A DNA stretch of 49,457 nucleotides from an uncultured Selenomonadaceae bacterium (GCA_902777615.1 CACYUQ010000006.1:1-49457), one strand, 5' to 3'. Positions 1 to 9,095 are shown, numbered from the stretch's first letter. Notes: generated by a model from the letters alone, not told the origin. Translations and numbers: made by a program.

Positions 1-51
1 CGGCAGAGGAAAAACAAAACAACACGCGACGATATATACGCTCCGTCTCGT

Positions 52-185
52 TGAAATGCCCAGAGGAGAGTTTGTCCTTGACAAACTCTGACCAAAGGCA
101 TTATATCTCAGCGGATAAAATCCGCTTCGATGAAATGCCACAGAGGAGAGTTTGTCCTTGACAAACTCTGACCAAAGGCATTATA
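52..185. repeat. Tandem duplication (period about 79 bp) of a 54-55-nt module upstream of rpsF
   Basis: tgaaatgcc(a)cagaggagagtttgtccttgacaaactctgaccaaaggcattata occurs at 52-105 and 131-185, differing by one 1-nt indel. Each copy holds a 10-bp-stem hairpin agagtttgtc/ctt/gacaaactct (67-89 and 147-169). Confidence 0.9.
78..107 (+). promoter_or_regulatory. Putative sigma-A-type promoter P1 of rpsF operon
   Basis: TTGACA at 78-83, a 17-18-nt spacer, then ttatat/tatatc at 101-107. It lies inside repeat copy A. Confidence 0.4.
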
Positions 186-187
186 AT
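158..187 (+). promoter_or_regulatory. Putative sigma-A-type promoter P2 of rpsF operon
   Basis: TTGACA at 158-163, an 18-nt spacer, then a perfect TATAAT at 182-187. It lies inside repeat copy B, about 95 nt upstream of the rpsF GTG. Confidence 0.55.
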
Positions 188-282
188 GCTTTGGTCGAAC
201 AGGTTTGAAATGTTACCTAATATTTTAAGCCTTCCCTGCTTGTCCACGAGGCAAGCCATTAGTCCAAAGAGGAGGTGATTTC

Positions 283-618
283 GTGAGAAAGTACGAAGTC
301 ATATTTATCGTGAGGCCGCTGGAGGACGAGGCGACGGAAGCCGTCATCGGAAAGTTCTCCAAGCTGATTGCAAACAACGGCGGCACCATCGATAAAGAAG
401 ACCGTTGGGGCCGGCGCAAGCTCGCCTATCCGATCAAAGACTGCACGGACGGCTACTATTGCCTGTTCTATGTGTCCTGCGAACCGGACTGCGTCAAGGA
501 ATGCGATCGCGTGATGAAAATCACGGACGATGTGCTCAAGCACATGATCGTCAAGTCCGAAGGCGTCGCGGAAGAGACTGCCGAAGCCGCGTCCGAACCG
601 GCAGCGGAGGAAGAGTAA
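283..618 (+). CDS. rpsF: 30S ribosomal protein S6
   Basis: Translation MRKYEVIFIVRP...WGRRKLAYPI is typical S6. GTG start preceded by AGGAGG. First gene of the rpsF-ssb-rpsR order. Confidence 0.97.
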   Translation: MRKYEVIFIVRPLEDEATEAVIGKFSKLIANNGGTIDKEDRWGRRKLAYPIKDCTDGYYCLFYVSCEPDCVKECDRVMKITDDVLKHMIVKSEGVAEETAEAASEPAAEEE

Positions 619-643
619 TAAACGGTCAGGAAGGGGCATTGCC

Positions 644-1087
644 ATGAACAAGGTAATTTTAATGGGCCGCCTCGCGCGCGATCCCGACGTTCGCACGACG
701 CAATCGGGAATGCAGGTTGCGCGCATGACGATTGCCGTTGACCGCCGCATCAGCCGCGCGAAAGCACAGGCCGGACAGCAGACGGCGGACTTCATCAATT
801 TAGTGGCATGGGATCGCACGGCGGAATTCGCTGGGCAATATCTCGCCAAGGGACGCCAGATCCTCATCGAAGGACGCATCCAAACCGGCAGCTACGAAGG
901 GCAGGACGGTACGAAGCGGTACACCACCGACGTCATCTGCGACCGCATCGAGTTCGCCGATTCCCGCCCGCAAAACGGCGGTATGGACGGCGGATACGCG
1001 CCCAGAGCGGCAGCTCCCGAGTCTTCGGCTCCGGCTGCGCCGCCCTTTGACAACGCCCCCATCGCTGACGATGATATTCCGTTTTGA
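644..1087 (+). CDS. ssb: Single-stranded DNA-binding protein
   Basis: N-terminal OB fold (MNKVILMGRLARDPDVR...), a Gly/Pro/Ala-rich linker and the canonical acidic tail DDDIPF. Confidence 0.97.
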   Translation: MNKVILMGRLARDPDVRTTQSGMQVARMTIAVDRRISRAKAQAGQQTADFINLVAWDRTAEFAGQYLAKGRQILIEGRIQTGSYEGQDGTKRYTTDVICDRIEFADSRPQNGGMDGGYAPRAAAPESSAPAAPPFDNAPIADDDIPF

Positions 1088-1102
1088 TAGGAGGAATGAA
1101 TC

Positions 1103-1336
1103 GTGATCAGACGTGACAGAAGCCGTCGCCCCCGCAAGAAGGTCTGCTCCTTCTGCGTGGACAAGGTGGATCACATCGACTATAAGGACGCGGGCAAACT
1201 CCGCCGCTTCATCACGGAGCGCGGAAAGATCCTGCCCCGCCGCATCTCGGGCAACTGCGCCAAGCATCAGCGTCAGGTGACGCTCGCTATCAAGCGCGCA
1301 CGCAACATCGCCCTGCTGCCGTTCACGGCAGAGTAA
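1103..1336 (+). CDS. rpsR: 30S ribosomal protein S18
   Basis: [18 protein letters not shown]...[28 protein letters not shown] is typical S18. GTG start after AGGAGG. Confidence 0.97.
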   Translation: MIRRDRSRRPRKKVCSFCVDKVDHIDYKDAGKLRRFITERGKILPRRISGNCAKHQRQVTLAIKRARNIALLPFTAE

Positions 1337-1350
1337 GAACGAAATAAGTA

Positions 1351-1377
1351 AGAGAGCCGAAAGGCTCTCTTTTTTTG
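1351..1377 (+). terminator. Rho-independent terminator of the rpsF operon
   Basis: agagagcc-gaaa-ggctctct stem-loop followed by a T6 run. Confidence 0.85.
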
Positions 1378-1395
1378 CATCATTTTGCTTTTCCT

Positions 1396-2106
1396 TCAAA
1401 TTTTCCAATCCGCTGCGGTTTCCGGCGAAAGTTTTCTCAGATCGCCGATGACGACCACGCAGTCCGGACGAACCTTCTGCATCACGAAACGCATATCGGC
1501 CACAGGGATAGCGACGCACCCGCCCGTATACGGCTTATACGGACCGAAGCAGTGAAGGAAGATGGCAGAGCCGAGGCCCGGCGTTCCGGCTTCATTGTAG
1601 CTGATATTCATGGCGTAAGTATAATGCGGATCGTAGTCCACGATGTGCTCGCTGGCTTCGGTATCAAGGCCGGGCAGTTCGCGGACGTCCGCCATTTGGT
1701 TGTACTTCATGCCGGGACGGTCGTCGCCCGACCAGTAGATATTCTCGTCCACCTGCGTATAGGGAATGGCGCAGCCGGGGTCCTCCGCGATGCCGAAAGC
1801 GGCGTTGAATCGGAACGTTCCCACCGGCGTCATGCCGTCGCCCTCTTTCGTCTTTCCCAGCCCTCCCTTGCCGATGAATCCGGGGGTGGTCATCAGTACG
1901 TGCCACTCGCCTGCCTGATCCTTTTCGTGCAGGGAAATCCAGGCGGTGGTCTTGCCGACTCCAGCGACGACAAAAAGCTGGTTTGCGGTCTTCGCCTGCG
2001 GCAGTTTCGTCACCCACTCCGGCGACGCCGCCGACTCCGCGGCTCCGGCAACGCTGAACGCTGCCAAGACCAGCAACGCACACAATACCGCAAAAATATT
2101 CTTCAT
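1396..2106 (-). CDS. L,D-transpeptidase family protein (YkuD fold), secreted
   Basis: Signal peptide MKNIFAVLCALLVLAAFSVAGAA. C-terminal catalytic-type motif FLHCFG...TGGCVAIP. Confidence 0.8.
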   Translation of the reverse strand: MKNIFAVLCALLVLAAFSVAGAAESAASPEWVTKLPQAKTANQLFVVAGVGKTTAWISLHEKDQAGEWHVLMTTPGFIGKGGLGKTKEGDGMTPVGTFRFNAAFGIAEDPGCAIPYTQVDENIYWSGDDRPGMKYNQMADVRELPGLDTEASEHIVDYDPHYTYAMNISYNEAGTPGLGSAIFLHCFGPYKPYTGGCVAIPVADMRFVMQKVRPDCVVVIGDLRKLSPETAADWKI

Positions 2107-2218
2107 ATTTCTGTCCCTCCTCGCAGAATCGCATTGCGTTTTCCTATTACATAGTGGATATATATCGTCCGGTTCTTATTCGTACGACTATGACGAGAAT
2201 GTCCGCCGTGCAGGTTTG

Positions 2219-2242
2219 GCCGAAGCTTCATGAAGCTTCGGC
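2219..2242. repeat. Perfect 24-bp palindrome
   Basis: gccgaagcttca/tgaagcttcggc is exactly self-complementary. No flanking T-run on either strand. It lies about 115 bp upstream of the L,D-transpeptidase start. Confidence 0.9.
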
Positions 2243-2410
2243 GGAAATAGGAATCGGATAAGATTTTTCCATGAACACCGACTCCGAACAATGTTTCACG
2301 TGATTAGAAACGCTTGGAAGCGTCAGCTTGTTAGCGAGTCTTATGCAGGCGAAGCCTGTAACAATCGAACACAGCTTGAAATTTTGCTGAATTTATATAC
2401 AACTTGTTAT

Positions 2411-2441
2411 AAAAAGGGGATGCCGGACGGCTCCCCTCTCT
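2411..2441 (-). terminator. Rho-independent terminator downstream of the enoyl-CoA hydratase gene (bidirectional shape)
   Basis: gggga(t)gccg-ga-cggctcccc stem flanked by an A5 run and tctctttt. Confidence 0.7.
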
Positions 2442-2447
2442 TTTCGC

Positions 2448-3227
2448 CTATTTCCCCTTAAACACCGGCGCACGCTTTTCTGAGAACGCTTTGACGCCTT
2501 CTTTGAAGTCCTCGGTGCCCAAGAGCGCGGACATGGCCATCGCCTCGTAAGTCAGCGTATCGTCGAGGGAAGCGCCGTAGTTGTTGATTTCCTTCTTCAT
2601 CATCGCGAGGGCCAGCGGCGCTCCCTCAGCGATTTTCTTTGCCACCGCCATGACGCCTTCCCGCAATGCCTCGGGGCTGAATACGCCGTTGACAAGGCCG
2701 ATGGCCATGGCCTCGTGGGCCTCCACCGGGCGCGCGGTGAACATCAGCTCTTTCGCCTTCGCTAGGCCCACCGTTTTCGCCAAGAAATAATAGCCGCCGC
2801 AGTCCGGCGCGAGACCGACACTGGCAAAGCTCTGGATGAATTTCACGCCCTCGGCGGCATAGCAAAGATCGCAAGCAATGGCGATGTTGAAGCCCGCCCC
2901 CGCCGCGACGCCGTTCACCATCGCAATGACGGGTTTCGACATGGCGTGAATCAGTCGCACGATCATCCCGGCCTGCGCGACAAACCGGCGACGCTCCTCC
3001 GTCGTCTTCAGGTTGTCCAGCGCGCCGAGATCGCCGCCTGCGCAGAACGCGCGCCCTTCCCCGGTCAGCACGACAACGCGCACTTCCGGGTCATGCTCCG
3101 CCTCGTGGAGTTTCGCGATCCACCCGTTAATCAGATCAAGGCTCATGGAGTTCAGGCTCTTCGGGCGGTTCAACGTCAGGATGGCGATACCGCCCTCCTT
3201 TTCGTATTTGATGACTTCTTCCGGCAT
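2448..3227 (-). CDS. Enoyl-CoA hydratase/isomerase (crotonase) family protein
   Basis: 259 aa. LTLNRPKSLNSM...FCAGGDL...VIAMVNGVAAGAGFNIAIACD is a crotonase-fold signature. Confidence 0.88.
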   Translation of the reverse strand: MPEEVIKYEKEGGIAILTLNRPKSLNSMSLDLINGWIAKLHEAEHDPEVRVVVLTGEGRAFCAGGDLGALDNLKTTEERRRFVAQAGMIVRLIHAMSKPVIAMVNGVAAGAGFNIAIACDLCYAAEGVKFIQSFASVGLAPDCGGYYFLAKTVGLAKAKELMFTARPVEAHEAMAIGLVNGVFSPEALREGVMAVAKKIAEGAPLALAMMKKEINNYGASLDDTLTYEAMAMSALLGTEDFKEGVKAFSEKRAPVFKGK

Positions 3228-3320
3228 AAAGTTTCACTCCTTTATTGATAATTGAAAATCAACTGTTACATTCATAGTTCGACGCAACGAAAAAAAATCC
3301 TTTCAAGAATTACAAATCCC

Positions 3321-3366
3321 AAAAAACCGCAAACCCCGACGAAATTTCGTCGGGGCTTGCGGTTTT
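3321..3366 (-). terminator. Rho-independent terminator of the autotransporter gene
   Basis: Long stem-loop ccgcaaaccccgacg-aaattt-cgtcggggcttgcgg flanked by A6 and T4. Confidence 0.85.
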
Positions 3367-3393
3367 AATATGCCTTCTCTATAATCTAAACTT

Positions 3394-5474
3394 TTAGAAC
3401 GTCCAGGTCGCGCCGAGCTGCACACTACCGCCGCGCTGCTTGCCGGCCCAGCCGGTCACGCCGAGGTCGAGCTTCAGCGGACCGTCGCCCGGCTTCACCT
3501 GCCAGCCCAGCTCCAGCATGCCGCTGCTGCCTTTGAGGCTCGGACTCGGTACGCCGTTGCCGCTGAAATGCGCCTGCGCGTCGCCTTTGAACTCGTACTG
3601 GTACGCGAGGCCGCCGTAGAAGCTGTTCTTCTCGTTGACCTTATGGGTGAAGCGCGCGCCGATGCGGATGCGGTGGCTGTCCACTGCGTCGAAGCTGCCC
3701 TGCTCGTCCGCTGCGCCCGCCACGTGGATCGTGGTGTCGTCGCCGTTCTGGCGGCTGTAGAAATATTTGCAGTAGCCGTCAATGGAGTTGCCGCCGCCAA
3801 GGGAAAAGACCTTGCCCGCGCCAAGGTGCGCCGCGATGTAGGGCGACGCGCTGTCGTATTCCACCGCGCCTAAGCCGTCCAAGTTCCCCCGGTAGTCGCT
3901 GCTCACCCGTCCGCCCCGCAGGCTTCCCTCGTAATAGAATCCGTCGTGGTTCACCTGACGCGCCATGAGGCCGACGCCGAAGTAGTTGGACTTGCCGTCG
4001 CCCCTTGTACCGTCGTCAAGGTGGCTGTCGTAGCTGCCGCCGCCGTATTCCACCATCGGGCCGAAGAGGAGCCTCCCCTGCGCGTTGGAAATCTCACGGG
4101 CGAAGCCGATGTTCAGCCCGAAGCCTTTCGTATTGACATAGGAGCCGCTTTCCGCCCGCATGCTCGATCCGCCGAAGGCGGCAAAGGGGGTGAAGCCGCC
4201 AACGTTCTGTACAACCGGTGCGCCGTTTTTCGCGTTCTCCGCCGCTTCGAGGGCGACGGCGTTGGCCGCCTGGGCGAAGCCCTGGGAGGAGAGCATATCC
4301 GCCCCAGCGTTGATGAATGTTGTCGTGGCCGCGCGGGTTTCCACGAGGGACTTTGCCTGTTCGTTGGCGCTTTCCGTCACGTCGCCGACGGTGGCGGTGA
4401 TGTCGTTGGCGGTTTGCGCGAAATTGAAGGTATAGGATTTGTCCACGGTCAGGCTGGTGGCTTTCGGCGGCGTGGTGATGGTCTTCATGGCGGCGGGTGT
4501 ACCGGTGAGGCCGTTCGCGTTATGGAGCAGGGTCACGCTGTCGCCTTTGGAGAGAGAAACGCCCGTCAGCGCCGCCGCGCCGATGGTCACGCCCGTCAAG
4601 TCGCCTTCCGTGACGGTCAGCATGGTATCACCCGACGCGATGCCCTGCGGCAGATAAAAGTTCAGGTTTTGCACGCCGTAGAAGCCGTACTGGAAGGTGA
4701 CGTCTTTCGCGGCGATGTTCAGCGTATTGCCTGAAACGGTGCCTGTACTGCCGTAAGGAACGCTTGCGCCGTTGACGCCCTGCAAGGTCATAGAGGCAAG
4801 AATGTTCACGGTGTTGTCTGTGGCGTTAGCTGTGGTGCTATTCACCATACCGCCCGTGACCATGCCGCCTGTAATCGTGCCGCCGGAAATCGTGACGGTG
4901 TTGCCCGTAACGTCGCCGCCAACAACCTCGGCCTGCTGCTACTGTCGCCGTTACTCATAACCCCACCATAAACATTCCCGTTTATCGTGCCGCCGCTAAT
5001 ATTGACGACGTTTCCTGTAACATTGCCACGTGCACTCATACCGCCACGAACATTCATCCCGACAGTGCCGCCGGAAACATTGACTATGTTGTCCATGACA
5101 TTGCCGCTATTCGTGCTTTCTCCACCGGAGATGTTGGATATACTTCCGTCCTCCATGTTCACTGTATTGCCGCTAACGGAATAATGAAGAACAAGCGCAG
5201 AGTAGCCACCATGAACAGAACCTAAAGTCTTTGTGGTATTAACGGTAATCGTGTTGCCAACCGGATCCGACTCTGCGACATCTTTAAGATCCTTAATATT
5301 TCCAGTGTTATTTCCATATACAGCATAACCTTCTGCGCTGTCCGCCGCGACCCTCGCATCGTCAACAGTCGTATCTTGCGCCGCCGTCACACTTGGCAAG
5401 CTAAGAAGTACCCCCCCCGCGGACACAAGTGCCGTCAAGATCAACCTCGTCAATTTCCTTTCCTTGCGTTTCAT
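3394..5474 (-). pseudogene. Autotransporter outer-membrane protein, split by a frameshift
   Basis: The N-terminal ORF (5474..4842) has a signal peptide and repetitive GN.V.ISGGT passenger repeats. The C-terminal ORF (4863..3394) carries an autotransporter beta-barrel ending GATWTF. The passenger repeat continues in another frame (..AEVVGGDVTGNTVTISGGTITGG..). The frame switch lies at about 4930-4945, in cagcagcag context. Confidence 0.8.
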
Positions 5475-5769
5475 TCCCTCGTCTCCCTTCTTTTTTATCC
5501 GGCCTTTCCGGACATGAGTTGGAATGGTAAAAGCATATGAATCCGCAAAATATCATATGGTCTTATTCCCCAAACTTCTACTGCTGATGTGGACAGTTTT
5601 TTGAAAAAACAGCGTTTTCCGCACCTGTTCATTTGGACAGGTGCCCAGTGATTGCAAGCGTTGCCTGTTTTTTACGTCATTTTTGTTTTTTTAAGGTACC
5701 ATAGCAAAAAGACGACAAACTGTGTATAATCAAAGCGTAAGATAAAATCATTTTGCGAGGTCTTTTTTC

Positions 5770-7401
5770 TTGTTTCCGACAAAATTGTTTCTTTCCACCA
5801 TACTGATCTACACTTATTTGATACTCGTCTATTCCCGTGCCATGAATGGCGACACGGTTTTTCTTGTTGCCGCGAATACGGCGCTCGTTTCCTGTTCCGG
5901 CGCGGCGGGCATGGCATGTTTCGCCTTCGGGTTCCGCCGACTGTCGGAAAGTCTTCGTCGCCGCGCACCTCTTTATATGGTCGGACTTTGCGCGGCCGGC
6001 GAATTGTGCCTCGATTTTGCCCCGCCGCTCTTTGCCTTTGGCGTCGTCCTGTCCGTTCTCGGATGGGGCTTTTTGACTGCGTATATTTTGTACCGCACGG
6101 CGACGGAAGTGACCGCGACGCATTTCGGTCGTTTTATCGGCCTTTCCTACGGTTTTTCCGCGTTCCTGCAATTCATGATCGGTACGGCGGACGCGCATTT
6201 GCCCTCTCTGTCTCTGGCGCAGTGGCTCGCGCCGCCCTGTCTCGCCGCGTTCGTTTATTTTGTGCGCGGCGCGGACAAAACGGAGACGCGGTCGACGCCG
6301 CAGGAAGCTCCCCCCGCATGGCACGCTTTTTTCCTGCAAAGCCGCGTTTATTTGCTTCTCGGCGCAGCCCTGCTTTCCTTGCTGATGGGATTTTCCGACA
6401 GTGTGACGATCCTGCATTTCGATGCGTACGCCCCCGCCTTTCCGGCGTCACGGCTTTGCTACGCGATCGGGCTGATTTTCTTCGGCTGGCTGGCGGACAG
6501 GCGCTTCACGAGCCTGCCCGCGATCGCGCTGTTGATGAACGCCTATTATCTTTGGTTTTGCGCTTTCCAGGCGGACACCAAAGTGTTCCTGCTGCTTTCG
6601 CAATTGGTCGAAGCCATTTATTTCGCGCCGATCATTATCCTGCTGACGGTGGGCTTCCTGCACGCGGCGGCGCGTTCCGACTGTCCGGATCGCTGGGCGG
6701 CGATGGGACGCATCGTAGGACTTCCCCTGACGAGCCTCGGACTGGTTCTCGGGCTCCGGCTCTGGCCTTCCATCTCAACGGCGACGATGCTCGCCGTTTA
6801 CACGACGCTGCTGCTCGTCGCCGTCGTCCTGCTCTACCGCGGCGCCCTTGCTTATCTGAGCGTCCTGCAAACCGCGGCCGAAGCGCAATTTTTTGTCGTC
6901 GCCGCCGCATGCGCATCCGCCGCCCCGGCCGTCCCGCTTTCGCCGCCTGCAGCGGAAAAGACAGGACGCCCGGCAGACGAGAATTTCACGCAAGAAAAAA
7001 GCGAACGCCCAACCGACGAGGCTTTCACAGAGGAAACGACAGACTTTTCATTTGATGAAATCTTCGCGACGGGACCCTCTTCATGCCAATCGGTGGAAGA
7101 ATCCGCGCTACCGCACGGGACAAGCGAATCAACCGCCTCCGAAGCAAAATCCGGGGACGCTTTTTCCTCTTATTGCCGCCGCTACAAACTCACGGTAAAG
7201 GAATCCGAGATTTTAGCGGAGATCCTGAAAGGCCAAAGCGTTGACGACATCGCCGAAACGCACTTTATCACGAAGAGGACCGTCCGATTCCACATCAGCA
7301 ATCTGCTGCACAAGACGGGCAACAAATCGCAGCTCGCACTGACCGCCCACTACTTCCGAACGGCGGACGCCGACCTCCTGCCAGAAACGAACACCCACTA
7401 A
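5770..7401 (+). CDS. Polytopic membrane protein with C-terminal LuxR-type HTH (membrane-bound transcriptional regulator)
   Basis: About 370 aa carrying roughly 10 or more hydrophobic segments, then a low-complexity acidic linker, then ESEILAEILKGQSVDDIAETHFITKRTVRFHISNLLHKTGNKSQLAL (GerE/LuxR HTH). TTG start at 5770 after GAGG. An ATG at 5843 is an alternative start. Confidence 0.75.
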   Translation: MFPTKLFLSTILIYTYLILVYSRAMNGDTVFLVAANTALVSCSGAAGMACFAFGFRRLSESLRRRAPLYMVGLCAAGELCLDFAPPLFAFGVVLSVLGWGFLTAYILYRTATEVTATHFGRFIGLSYGFSAFLQFMIGTADAHLPSLSLAQWLAPPCLAAFVYFVRGADKTETRSTPQEAPPAWHAFFLQSRVYLLLGAALLSLLMGFSDSVTILHFDAYAPAFPASRLCYAIGLIFFGWLADRRFTSLPAIALLMNAYYLWFCAFQADTKVFLLLSQLVEAIYFAPIIILLTVGFLHAAARSDCPDRWAAMGRIVGLPLTSLGLVLGLRLWPSISTATMLAVYTTLLLVAVVLLYRGALAYLSVLQTAAEAQFFVVAAACASAAPAVPLSPPAAEKTGRPADENFTQEKSERPTDEAFTEETTDFSFDEIFATGPSSCQSVEESALPHGTSESTASEAKSGDAFSSYCRRYKLTVKESEILAEILKGQSVDDIAETHFITKRTVRFHISNLLHKTGNKSQLALTAHYFRTADADLLPETNTH

Positions 7402-7407
7402 GCAAAA

Positions 7408-7434
7408 AGAGAGCCTTCACGGCTCTCTTTTTTG
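7408..7434 (+). terminator. Rho-independent terminator of the LuxR-type gene
   Basis: agagagcc-ttcac-ggctctct followed by T6. Confidence 0.85.
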
Positions 7435-7486
7435 ATCTATGATTTTTCATATTTCGACATGGGACGAAAAATCCTTTCACCAACAC

Positions 7487-7517
7487 AAAAAAACCGAAGC
7501 CGAAGCTTCGGGTTTTT
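7487..7517 (-). terminator. Rho-independent terminator after tRNA-Glu (bidirectional shape)
   Basis: ccgaagc-cgaa-gcttcgg stem flanked by A7 and T5. Confidence 0.75.
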
Positions 7518-7528
7518 AAATTGCAATT

Positions 7529-7603
7529 TGGTGACTCCTAGGGGATTCGAACCCCTGAACCCGCCGTGAGAGGGCGGTGTCTTAACCACTTGACGAAGGA
7601 GCC
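7529..7603 (-). tRNA. tRNA-Glu (anticodon CUC)
   Basis: The reverse complement GGCTCCTTCGTCAAGTGGTTAAGACACCGCCCTCTCACGGCGGGTTCAGGGGTTCGAATCCCCTAGGAGTCACCA folds as a cloverleaf. The anticodon loop is CT-CTC-AC. GGTTCGAATCC forms the T-arm and the CCA is encoded. Confidence 0.93.
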
Positions 7604-7646
7604 GTTAATTATAATACACGTCCCCCACGAAAATGTCAAGCGTTTT

Positions 7647-9095
7647 TTACACGAGTTTTTCGATTGCTTTCCCGATGCGCGCCAGCGATTCATCCCGCCC
7701 CAACAGATACAACAGCTCGGTAACGCCGCCGGGCGTGACCTTTTGTCCGGAAAGTGCGATGCGGAGCGGCCACATGACCGTTCCGAGCTTATAGCCGCTC
7801 GATTCCAAATAGCCGTGCAGCGCTGCGTCAATAGCCTCCGGCGTCCACTCAGCGATTGAGGACAATGCGTCCCGCGCGGCTGGTAGGATCGTCGCCGCCA
7901 GTTCCGGCGTGACCTTATTCTTCTTGTTCGGGAAAAGGTCGACGCCATACTCCGGCAGCGCGCGGAAAAACGCGATTTTTTCCGCGATCTCACCGAAGCG
8001 CGCGACCCGCGTCCGCAAAATCGCGGCAAGATAATCCCATTTGCCCTTGATCTCATCGGTCAGCTCGCCCGCGAAAGGAAGCGCGGCGGCGGCAAAATCT
8101 TTGTCGCTCATCGCCTTGAAATATTCGCCGTTGAACCAATCGAGCTTCGCGTAATCGAAGACCGCCGGGGACTTGCTCAATCCTTCGAGGGAGAAGACTT
8201 TCGCCATTTCCTCCATCGAGAAGATTTCCTGCTCGGACTTCGGACTCCAGCCCAGCAACGCAACGTAATTCGTAATCGCTTCGGGCAGATAGCCGGCCGA
8301 GACCAGTTCGGCAAAGCTGGTGGCGCCGTGGCGCTTCGACAGCTTCGAGACGGAACCGTCCTCGTTCTTTCCCATGACAGGAGCAAGATGGACGAAGACC
8401 GGTGGTTCCCAGCCGAACGCCTGATAGAGCTGCACATGCTTCGGCGTCGAGGTGATGAATTCCGTGCCACGGATGACATGGGAAATGCTCATCAGGTGGT
8501 CATCGATGACATTGGCAAAGTTGTAGGTCGGCATCCCGTCCCGTTTCAGCAGTACCTGATCTTCCAGCTCGCTGTTCTCAATCGTGATATTGCCATGCAC
8601 CACGTCAAAGAACGTCGTGGTGCCGTTCAGCGGCATTTTTTGCCGGATGACGTAAGGATCGCCGTTCGCGAGGTGACGCTCGATTTCCTCCGGAGAAAGG
8701 TCGCGGCAGTGACGGTCGTAGCCGCCGAACGCCTTTTTCTCGCCGTCTTCCGGCGCGTCCTCATGGGAACAAAAGCAGCGATAGGCGAAGCCTTTTTCCA
8801 CCAACTGCTCGGCATAGTCTTTGTAGATTTCCATGCGCTCGCTCTGGACATAAGGGCCGCAGTCGCCGCCGATGTCCGGTCCCTCGTCGGGCACGATATG
8901 CGCCGCTGCCAGCGTGTCCTGAATGAATTTCACCGCGTCGGCGACATAGCGTGCGCGGTCGGTATCCTCGATGCGCAGCAAGAAGTCACCGTCCTGCGCC
9001 TTCGCAAAGAGATAAGCGTAAAGCGCGGTGCGGAGATTGCCGATGTGCATATACCCCGTCGGGCTGGGGGCAAAACGTGTACGTATTCTTGTCAA
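7647..9095 (-). CDS. gltX: Glutamate--tRNA ligase
   Basis: RTRFAPSPTGYMHIGNLRTALY (HIGH region) and KLSKRHG (KMSKS). The likely start is TTG at 9095, 6-7 nt after GGAGGG; the ORF-track start at 9110 overlaps that RBS. Confidence 0.95.
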   Translation of the reverse strand: MTRIRTRFAPSPTGYMHIGNLRTALYAYLFAKAQDGDFLLRIEDTDRARYVADAVKFIQDTLAAAHIVPDEGPDIGGDCGPYVQSERMEIYKDYAEQLVEKGFAYRCFCSHEDAPEDGEKKAFGGYDRHCRDLSPEEIERHLANGDPYVIRQKMPLNGTTTFFDVVHGNITIENSELEDQVLLKRDGMPTYNFANVIDDHLMSISHVIRGTEFITSTPKHVQLYQAFGWEPPVFVHLAPVMGKNEDGSVSKLSKRHGATSFAELVSAGYLPEAITNYVALLGWSPKSEQEIFSMEEMAKVFSLEGLSKSPAVFDYAKLDWFNGEYFKAMSDKDFAAAALPFAGELTDEIKGKWDYLAAILRTRVARFGEIAEKIAFFRALPEYGVDLFPNKKNKVTPELAATILPAARDALSSIAEWTPEAIDAALHGYLESSGYKLGTVMWPLRIALSGQKVTPGGVTELLYLLGRDESLARIGKAIEKLV

